This document shows, piece by piece, positions 53,538 through 64,000 of a stretch of DNA of 64,000 nucleotides. The stretch comes from Cenococcum geophilum (Eukaryota), in assembly GCA_050273025.1 (NCBI GenBank), contig CP158635.1, positions 2,790,001-2,854,000 on the forward strand, read 5' to 3'. The translations under genes were made by a program, and so were the position numbers. Under the pieces are notes generated by a model. It was not told the DNA's origin and made no database searches. It saw only the letters and a program-made list of their open reading frames with translations. Position 1 is the stretch's first letter. Each line of letters starts with the position of its first letter.

Positions 53538-56500
53538 TGTCGGGAATAAGGCAATTTGCCCTTACGTGCGGCAAATTGCCGTCACGTGAGGCAACTTGCC
53601 GTCACGTGCCGTCGTGGCACTAGCGCGGTGAGGAACCTTAAGTTCCTCACCCTCCCCTATCTAATATAACAAGCTTTTCCATCACTGTATCTACTCGAGT
53701 AGTATTGGTGATTTCCCCTGTATTACCAACACTAATTAGTGGTTGAATACACAGTCAACTATAGAACAGCAAGGTTTTTAACAGAAGAGACAGTCTCGTA
53801 CAGGGGTGCCATATACGCTCATATGGAATGGATCCCGGCGATACTATACTACCTTAAACTTGCGGAAAACTAGTAATAGAAGTATTACTAAGTACTAGGA
53901 GATACCAAGTTACGTCTATTACGTAGAACAATTGCGTTTACGAAGATTTAGTCGAGTACTCTAGGTTAAAAGTGTTACTAAACCTAGGGTCCCAAATCAA
54001 CGTCCGAAACGCGTTAAACAACATCTCAAATTACCTACCTTTTAACAGCAAACCTACGAGATTCTACAAAACCGAAAACCCTACCTACCTTCGACGTACG
54101 ACACCCCGTCAATTCTATACTAATTATGGCGTTAACCTACCTAAAAAAGTACGAGAAGGACATTAACCCAGAGATATGGCATAAAGATATCGACCCTATA
54201 AATGCCAAACAATAGGACCTAAACGGATTCTTATTATACTATATAGCATACTATAAAGACAGCAAATATAATAACACTGTGCTTTGGTATTGCATAAAGG
54301 AGGACTTCGTTAGATGGACAAAGGAAACATAGGCTCTCGCAACAAAGGTTATCGTGCGAAACTTCCGTAACTTCCTTTAGAACGGAGTATTTATCCCTAT
54401 AGATGGGGGCGCTATTAGAGATAATATTTAGGAGCATATTATTAACGTAAAAGAAGAGTATAAATGGACTCCATAAGAAATTAAGCACCAACTACGCACT
54501 ATAAGGAAGCTTAACTTACGATAGAATCTAAACGATATACTAACAGAGACACGTTCTAATTCCATTGCTCTAAAGCAAGCGTAAGACCCCCTTACTTCGC
54601 GATTTAATAACCTTTAAACTCTACTAGAGCAAGACTAGGTACTACGCCGTATTCTATTAGGCTTTATATCTCCACTACAGCCTATAAAGCAATCCCTACC
54701 TTAATCTCTAATGCAATTTTAACGTGGCCTAATACCGCTTAATAGCACTTTAAAGATGCTTACAGAGCTTATAAAGCTCTATTCGGACCAGAAGAAGAGG
54801 TTTAGCGGGGAACTATATAATATTCTTAATTTAAAGCTGCGCATTTTCTACAACTATTGCTAGAAGGTTAGACTAGAACCTAACTAATATTATAACGCCT
54901 ATTCCGTTATACTTAAGGGCCGCGCCAGTACCTTCTATTATGATTATCTGGTAGGAAAAGGATATAATTTTAACCAAATAATATATAAGATAAGATGCCA
55001 CTTTAAAACAGAAGAGAATAAGCAGCAGTATATATTGGAGTAGAGAGAGACTACCTTCCTAAGAATTATTACTATAACCCAGGTGTCTCTCGGCTCGATT
55101 ATCTTTAAAAGCTCTTTAATTAACTTTAGATAATTTAGCGTGGTTTATCTAAATTATATTAAGAGGACTTTAGCCTACGCGATTAAGTTATTAGCGCATG
55201 CTAAGGTATTAAAGAATACAACCTTACTCTTTTTAATCCTGTAAACACTTACAAAGGAGTATATACCTAATTAAGATCCTCTATTAGCACAGCTCTGCGC
55301 TCTTAAGAAGTACAGTAATTTAACACTTAACCCTAACCTACTTCGATTAACCCAACTAACTAACACAATTACAACTGGACCGATTAAACATATAGTGGCC
55401 GCGGTAGGGGATACGGCAGAGGGTATAATTAACGTTAACTATAAGGTAATTATGGAGGTTCATTTTAGAGCGATTGTTAAAAGAAGTGCTATATTTGTAA
55501 GAAGCCAAATTACTAGTTAACTAGGCACCCCCTTAATAGATAAAAGGAGGCATATAACAAGTTCCGCCAAAGCGCATGAAACGTCGGAAATTGTAAGGTT
55601 ACTATAGCCTACTTTTAAAGCTTCCTAGTTTAATATAAAGGTATAGAAGATTTTAAGGGTAAGGTTAACGAGGCCGAACAGCTCCTTATAGATATAGAAA
55701 TTGAGGACTACTTCTCTAACCAATACTTTACCGAGTATGGTAAGGTAAATGGCACATAAACTATTGCTATCCTTAATAACCAATCTACGCTCCATTCCGT
55801 TATAAAGTTAGATATCTTTAATAAGCTAAAGGAAAGTTCCGCGTTCTCCTTTAACAACAGATACTCGGCGAACGTCTTCTATAGTATTATACTAGATACT
55901 AGAGCCACAGGAGTATCTATAGCAAGAGAACCTTAAGTTTAAGCCCTTTAGTAGCTTAATAGATCTATTTAGATCGACTAATTAACGGCAGGCTAATATA
56001 CAATCCGCTTTAGCAAGGGTACTATAATCTCTTTTAGTATAATTAAGGTCCAAACCCCATTAGGATATATTACTTTCCATATTATTCCTACAAACACCCT
56101 ATTCCTATTCTGCATCTAAGATATAGATAGATTAGGCGTTAAGCTTAATAACCTTAAGAACGTGCTTATCTAGGGAGATAATTAGGTGCCCGTTATACGC
56201 AAGTAGGGTTACCCTTAGTTGCTCCTTTAACAGCCAGAAAGAAGCGTTGCTTAGAGCCATTTAACTAAGTTAGAGCTACGCCAACTACATCGTTGTTTTA
56301 GTTACCCATCCGTCCACTAACTACTTAGGGTCCTTTAGCAAGCAGGTTATAAGGTTAAGGTTAAGATAATTAAGCATCTTATAAAGTACTGCTATTACTA
56401 TTAAATAAACTAGAAGTCCCTTAGCCGATTTAAGTTTACCCTTAAAGATAACTACAACTTTAACTTCTATATTATCATTAACATTATATATTTTAGCGGC

Positions 56501-59494
56501 AAGCTAGTACTCTAAGTTATTAACTTTTTAACCTCCTTCTAAGCCGCACGTTTCCTAAGGGATATATTAGCTAGGAACGCATAGAATACTCTTTAATTAT
56601 ACTAGATTAATATCTACCTAGGACCCCCTAACTAAGTTATTTATAACGTAAGAAGGAACTTCTTATTTATAGAGTTTCGGTAATAAGCAAAGGCAATAGT
56701 AATTAAGGTTAAGGAAGTCCCTATTAAGGCACATAATAGCGTTAAAAAAGTGGAACAATACTACACGCCATTGCGCTAAGTATATAAGATTATTTCTTCG
56801 GAACTAAAGGACGCTAGCGAAGAGCTTATCTTATAGATGGCTATTAAGGCTGTTAATAATTCCGCTAGTCTAGATAGACTTATACCTATATTACTAGTCT
56901 TTAGCGCTTACCCTTAAATAACTAACAATTCTCCACTATCTCCCTCTATTATGTAACGAGCTAAGGCTATTCGCAAGGTAATGAAAGAGGTGCAACGTAT
57001 CTACGCCACGCGCCAGGTTAACGACGTACTAGGAATAAGAAATGGCCCAAATACCTTAACTACACTTAATTTACCTCTCTAATCTAAAGTACGGGTATAG
57101 CGTAAGAAGGGAGGATAATTAGGGCCATATAAACTTATTATAAGCGATAGTTAAACTTATACTCTTTAAATGCCCTATAAACCCACTTAATTCCATTTAA
57201 CCGTTGTTAAGCCCTATTATAGGAATAATAGTTACAAGCCTTTATAGGATGCCCTAGAGGATTCCCTAGAGGATGCCCCAGAGGATACCCTAGAGGAGAA
57301 CCACGATTAACGTGCTCTAGAAGGAGACCATAATTCTAATATAATTGCAGTAGATGTACCGCAACCACGACGCGGTAGAGGTCGCCTAAAAGGATTATAA
57401 AATTACTAACACCTTGTTAATTTCGAAGAGTAATTTATTACCGCTATTAAAAGTAAAGACGAGTTATTAATAGCCTTTATAACAGCTAAAGAGAAGGCTA
57501 ACTTCGAGCTCGTAAAATAGCTCTAAAAGGAAGGCCGTATTATAACCCTAGGAGCTTCTTTTTAAGCATCTGACAAACAAGAGATCGACGGTTTTATTTT
57601 AAGAGGAGTCTTTAAATTTAAGAAGTACGACCCTACTAAGTTTAATAGAGTTCGCATCTTTAAGTTAAGAATGGTTAATAAGATTAAGGGTAAAGCTACT
57701 AACGCCCCATTTAAGAAATTAAGGCTTATTATCTAAGGTTATAATAATAATAGTAAGGAGGTAATCCTTACGCAATCCCCTATAATTTAATAAGCTAGTT
57801 AGCAAGTTATTATTATACTAGCTCCCTCCTTAATAAAGAACGGAATAGTAGTTTATTTATAAGATATTACTTAAGCCTATACCCAATTAGAGACGTACCT
57901 TTAGCGCTTAATATTAGCATATCTTTTAAAATAAATTCGCTACTAATATCCTAAAGATATAATTATGGTTATTCTTAAGCCATTATACGGAATCGCAGAG
58001 GTAGGAACCTATTAGTGGGCTACCTATAGCAAGTACTATAAGGAGAAGCTTTTAATAACTACTTTTACATTTAATCCTTGCTTCCTTATTATAACTATAG
58101 GAACCCTATTTGGAATCGTCGGTATATAAACTAACGATATAATTATTTTAGGAGACGACTAATTCTTAGCTCTTAAAGAAGACGAGCTAGTAAAAGCAAA
58201 TCTTATAGCGAAGCTAAAGAAAAGACTTAGTTTAATAACACCATTACTCTTTAATAGATGCATCCTCTCCCTAAATAAGGATTCTATTGCTTTGCGCCAG
58301 AAGGGTTAAGGTAAGAAGATTAATATTATTAACATTAATTCTCTAAAGTAAGGATATGTGGAGCAACGCGCTCGCGGAGCTTATATTGCTTCTATCTATT
58401 AACCTAAGGCTTCCTTTAATCTCTCTATTGCCGCTTAACACCAGAAACTAACTAAGGACGACGTTCTTACCCTAAATAAGCGTCTTTCCTAGCAAATAAA
58501 CCATCTTAATTAAGGACTACTCTATATACCTATTAATCTTCCCACCGCTAAGCTCTTCGTGTTTATTAATAGGTCGTTCGTAAATAATAAAGATTTTAGC
58601 TCCTAGCTAGGATATAAGATTATTATTACAAACGAATCTACTAAAGAGAATAACTTTACAATCTACGGCAATCTTATCTATTAGAGCTTAACTAAAAGTA
58701 AGCGCGTTACTTAAAGCGTTCTAGCGTTAGAGATATATAGAATGGTTAGCGGAGTTAATATAGCAATTACAATTAGAACTACCTTAAAGATAATTACAGA
58801 TTAACTTAAACTTCCCGTTATCCCTATAATTATATACACCGACTTATATTCCCTCTATAAGTATTTAGTTAAGCTTAATACCATAAAGGAGAAGCGCCTT
58901 ATAATTAATATTATAGCACTATAACAATCTTACAAGCGTTAAGAACTCTTTAAGATTTAATAAATTAATAGCTAAAATAACCTAGTAGATATAATGACGA
59001 AGGCAAACCCAAATAAGGCGCTAGAGACGTTTATTAATACAAATACTCTATATATACAAGTTAAAGGTTAGGTTAAGAGGGAGTAGAAGATATAGCAAGG
59101 GCCACTAAGGCGCTAGTAGTAAGCAAGCTAATAGCGATTTTCTATACCGGGTATAGAAAATTGTAATTAGCTAGCAGAAGTCCGGGTCGGTAGAATAAGG
59201 CGTATTACCTACCAAAGTCTGCTATATTCTACCCACTGTCGTATTATCGCATACGGTCTGTTTGTATATAGATAGCAACCACAAAAAGAAAAGTTGCCAG
59301 TATCGGGAATAAGGCAATTTGCCCTTACGTGTGGCAAATTGCCGTCACGTAAGGCAACTTGCCGTTACGTGCCGTCGTGGCACTAGCGCGGTAAGGAACC
59401 TTAAGTTCCTTACCCTCCCCTATCTAATACAATAAGCTTTTCCATCACTGTATCTACTCGAGTAGTATTGGTAATTTCCCCTGTATTACTAACA
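53538..59494 (+). mobile_element. Ty1/copia family A, copy 3
   Basis: 194-bp LTRs at 53538-53731 and 59301-59494, TSD TAATC. gag-pol remnant 54126-59086 is colinear with A1. Confidence 0.95.
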
Positions 59495-59989
59495 TAATCC
59501 TTAAGCCCAGCTTAAGTAGGGCGCCTTGGTTACTATAGTAGATCCTTACCTAGCAGTAACTAAGGCGCCTTAATCTTACTACTACTTCTAAATTAAGCAA
59601 AAGCTCTATATAGGGGGGTCCCAGGGAGTCTCCCCCTAGAAAACCTTATCTCTATATATATTAATTAAAGTCTATATAATAAAGCTCTAAAATTAATTAG
59701 CTTATTACTTATAAACTTAAGTTAAAATTTACGTTGGGGGATTAACGTTCCGCATGTTATCACAACTTTTTTTATAAAATTATAAATACAGAATTTAAAC
59801 AAACACGCCTTAAACTCAAGCAATATTTGCCAATCTTCGTAGAATCAGGCTTTGGTAATTGGCATTTACTCTGCAACATATTATCGCTTATAAAAAACCA
59901 CAACCAATATAAAGCCTAAATAGCAGCGATTACTTTGCCCCTAATAAATCAGGCGAGGGAGCTACATTAGGTCCCTATAGTTATTCAGA

Positions 59990-60880
59990 GGCTATGCTAT
60001 AATCTCCTATTAGATGGTATACCTTCGCTCTTCTAAATTTGTGTAACTTTATTAACACTCGCTATATAAAGGGAGCTAGAAAGGGATCCCTATAAAAATA
60101 GATAGTCTAAAGAGGGACCCGTAAAGCGATGCTTTATTAATTCAAGCTATATAAACGATTAAGGCAAGTTCAATTATAAACATACCCAACTATTAAAAAA
60201 AAATGCTTTACCTTAACTAAGTAACCTAGATCGTGCTAGATAGAGGACGGAATGCTATAAAAAGCTTTTAGAGCATATTAGTAAGATCTACGCCCTTATA
60301 GATAACAGAATTTGCTTAATACTAATAAGATACCATAGAGAGCAAGCTAGGAGTATTAATTGACCTATTAGAAGTTCGTCTTATTACACGCGTAGAGGAT
60401 CCCTATTCTTAGCAATCTCTACTAATAAGAACACATCTCTTCGAAAAGAACCTAAGTAAGCATTTAATTGGAGCTTATATAGAATTATATCAAGAAGTTA
60501 GTATTTTGTTTAAAGCTATGGTAAAAGAAGTACGTAAGCTTATTATTACCCGAAGTATAAAGCTAATGCTAGTGCTAGAATATTCTTTTTACTAAACTAG
60601 CAGCAATATAACGGAACCTTATAGCAGGAACTACGATAGGCTCGTTAATAAGCTAGGTGTATAGGTAATGTAAGTTAAAGTTAACAATATAATAATAACT
60701 GGTGGAGTAGTTGCCTAATAGATTAACTCTAATTATATTCTAAGAATTACTATAAGGAAGGAACTATTTAGGTAGGGACTAAGGGTCCTTAAATATACAA
60801 CCGTACTCCTATAAAATCCTTCTTATATATAATAAACGTATACTCTATCTACTCTATTATAGATTACGTAGATCCTACAG
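59990..60880 (+). pseudogene. Possible RIP-degraded coding remnant, unidentified
   Basis: Coding-like stretches broken mostly by TAA/TAG. No motif recognised. Confidence 0.25.
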
Positions 60881-60899
60881 ATTATATAGATTACCTTAT

Positions 60900-63800
60900 A
60901 TAACCTTAGTTACTATTCCTCGTTACATAGTTCTATTAGTTTTATCTTAGACCGTATTTATATTAACTAACTAGCTTCTTCTAACTCTCCCCTAAGTAGT
61001 TATAACATTATACTTAAAGCGTCCATAACACCATCTCCCTCCTCTTTATCTTTATCCTTAAAGATTTTTAATATCTCTAAGTTATCTACTAGAGGTATAA
61101 TGTCTGTCTAATTAATTTAGTTAATATCTTTACTTATTATACCTAAAGCAATTCCTTTATCCTTAACTGTTCGTTGTACTCGTACTATTACTATAATATT
61201 GTCTTTTAGTAAGATTATACTATCTCTATATTCTCGTTGTTTAAAAGAGGGGTTAGTCTATATTGCGTTAGCAAGTCTATCTTTACAATAACTATCCTCT
61301 TATTTAGAGTACACTAAAGCGAATATTCGTTCGTCCTATAACATTTGCTCTATCTCTAATACTAAATATACGCAACCTATTACTCTTAATAGTCGTCTAG
61401 TTCCCTAATTAATTTATCTTAGGATTTTGTGTTTAATCTACTACTACGCGGCTAAATAATAAGCTGTCTATTACTCTAGCGGAGTTACGCTATTCTCGTA
61501 ATGTAGAATAGAAGGCTGCCGATACTTAATAACGGGCCCTTAAGTCTTATCTTGCGGCGTCCACTCGGTTAATCCGTCTTAAAAAGGTTTATAAAAAGGT
61601 CTATTCTAAGAAGTAGAAACTTATAGAATAAGGTTTACGGGAACTTAGTAATAAAAAAATAGGTTTTTTTCTAATAGAGAAAGAAATAGATCTAAGTAGT
61701 TCGGCAACTGCTCTTTTTAAATCCCCCTTAGGTAACTCGTTCTTTAGCGATCCTTTTTTATTAATACTGCCTAACCTAATCTCTTCCAATACTCCTATAC
61801 CTTTTTTATAGCATTCTTTAAATTCTCTAGTAGTTCCTAGGTAGTTTTAGTATAGCCTATCTACTTAACCTTATACTATATTTCGTTGTTAATATCCTTA
61901 TAATTAATAATCTTTAAAACTTGCCATTTGTCTTCTTCTTATCCTCTATATATATCTACTTTATAAGCCAGTAGCTTAATATTCCCGTATACTGGCTCTA
62001 ATATTGCAATATGCTATATAGGGTAGATCTTTATTTTAGCTAATAGGTCTAACTTAAATGTAACCAGTGAAATTCTTTATGCAATTTTAAAAGGTCCTAG
62101 TCTAATATAGTCTAATTTTTTGCTTAGTTATTAACTCTTAAAATTTTTATATAGTAGCCACACTTTATCTCCCTCCTTAAAATCTGGTCCCTTAGATCTC
62201 TTAGTATTATAGTACTTTTTTATTCTCTCTTATACTTTTTTAGCTAATTCTATAAGGTCTATATAAAGGTTTATTAACGTCTTTATTCTTTCTTTAGCTA
62301 CGCTACTCGTTTTCTTTACTTACTATAATAATAACGATATTCTTGGCTTATATCTATAATTTACCTTAAATAGTAATATGCCTATTCCCTCTTAAGGTGT
62401 TATATTGTATATAAACTATATAACTAGTAATAACAATACCTAATTATTCTATACGTGATTAATATAATGCCTTAGATACTACTCTAGCGTTTAATTTAAT
62501 CTTTCTATTTAACCGTCTGTCTGCGGATAATATATAGTAGAAGTTACTGCTTTAACTCCTTATTCCGCTAAGAATACCTCCTAGAATACTGCTATAAATC
62601 TTAAATCCCTATCTAATATAATCTTATTTAGTGCTCTATGTCTTATAAATACTTCTTTAATATAGATTCTAGCAACATCTTTTACTAATATTTCTTCTAT
62701 GCATGCTATAAAGTATCCCTACTTTATAAGCTTATCTATTATTACTAAAATCGCGTTATAGTCTTATTCGGTAATAGGATCTCTTAACCTTAGTAACTTT
62801 ATAATAAAGTCCTATAATATAACCTCCTATAGTCTCTCTGGTATTTTAATAGGTTATAGCCCTCTATATAGCTTATACCTCGTTAGTTTATTCCTTTAGC
62901 AATCTAAACACTCTCTTATAACTTTTCTTACGATATTCTAGATTCCGTCAATAATATACTTTTTTTAAAGTCTTAACACTAAGCCTGTAGCTCCGTTGTG
63001 CCCTTAAGTTATTCCCTTATAGAATTCTTCTATAAAATGCTCTGCTATGCTTCTTAGGATATACTTTACTTCTCGATTTTCGTATATATCCGTCTATAGA
63101 TCTTCTAGCTATGCTTCTAGAATTCTTTATGCCTAAAAGCTTTCTAGTAACTTATAAACTTTGTTTAGTTTCTCTTAAGTTGCTATAATTTTTGGATAAT
63201 TATACCTAATTAATCCGTCTATATCTTTTCGCAGTAAAGCCCCTAATGGCTTTTTATTATTTTATAGTTTAGCTTTTTAACTTAGAGCGTCTACTTATAT
63301 ATTGTTTGTACCTTTAGTATACTAAATTTTAAAATGGTATTCTATAAGCGTCTCTACCCATCTAACCTGTTTTTAGTTAAGTTCCTTTATTATTAGGAAT
63401 CCTATTAGGTTCTTATAATCCGTTTTAACTATAAATAGTTTCTCTATACCTTATAAGAATGCTTTTTATTTTTTAAGTACTATAACTATACCTAACAACT
63501 CCTTGTTATAGATGTCGTAGTTTAACTCTAGTAGTGTTATCTTCTAACTATAGTATGCTACTAGGTGCTATCTATCTTAATATTTCTGTATAAAGTATAC
63601 CCCTAATATAAAGTCTAATACATCTATCTTTACAACCGTCTTTAATTCTAGTTAATAGATCTTAAGAACTAGCTCCTAGGTAAACAACCTTTTAACTTTT
63701 TTAAATAATTTCCGCTGTTCCTTTCCCTATACCTATAGTTCTTCTTTCTTTATTAATTGCGTAAATGGTTTAATATCCTTTAACCATTACGCTATAAACC

Positions 63801-64000
63801 TCCTATAGTAATTATAAAACCCTAGGAATAATCTTAATTACGTAACGTTCTCTAGTTCTTACTAATTTACTATAGCCTTAATCTTTTTTAGATCTATACT
63901 AAGTTGGCCTAATTTAATAATAAATCTAACGAAATTGGTCTTTTTGGTAAAAAACTCGTATTTCTTAATTACTACTAGCATCTATTCTTCCTGTAGTCTC
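60900..64000 (-). mobile_element. Ty3/gypsy chromovirus, 3' part of pol (RT end, RNase H, integrase, chromodomain); runs off the window, left end approximate
   Basis: RNase H 'NYDIYNKELL' at ~63500. Integrase 'IIIDFIIKLL' at ~62800 and 'YYPQTDG.IERLN.TLE.YLR' at ~62500. Chromodomain 'WQVLKII...*YKVK*IGY...T*ELLENL' at ~61820-61930. Confidence 0.9.

Larger units (their letters stand above)
34531..59760 (+). mobile_element. Helitron-like Rep/PIF1 element, copy 2, interrupted by the Ginger-like element and copia A2 and A3
   Basis: Segments 34531-38386, 43772-46053, 52103-53537 and 59500-59760 rejoin via TSDs and match copy 1. Hairpin at ~59640-59660. Confidence 0.88.

Overview
Fungal (filamentous ascomycete) AT-rich heterochromatic block made almost entirely of nested transposable elements. 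They are degraded by RIP: strong TpA excess, and stop codons where Gln, Arg or Trp codons are expected (CAA>TAA, CAG>TAG, CGA>TAA, TGG>TAG). No intact host gene is evident. Retroelements: the 3' end of a Tad-like LINE, four Ty1/copia LTR elements (three of family A, one of family B), a DIRS/Ngaro-type tyrosine-recombinase retrotransposon, two solo LTRs, a gag-only poly(A) retro-insertion and the 3' half of a chromoviral Ty3/gypsy. DNA elements: two oppositely oriented copies of a ~7.6-7.9 kb Helitron-like Rep/PIF1 element with non-canonical ends, a Ginger2-like integrase transposon and a 9-bp-TSD TIR element. The most interesting part is a less RIP-damaged, GC-richer island (~27.1-34.5 kb). 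It holds an intron-containing DUF3435 (Starship captain-like) tyrosine recombinase whose reading frame runs through Zn-finger-like motifs into two tandem chromodomains, convergent with a BIR-domain pseudogene. All domain calls come from manual translation and motif recognition, not database searches.
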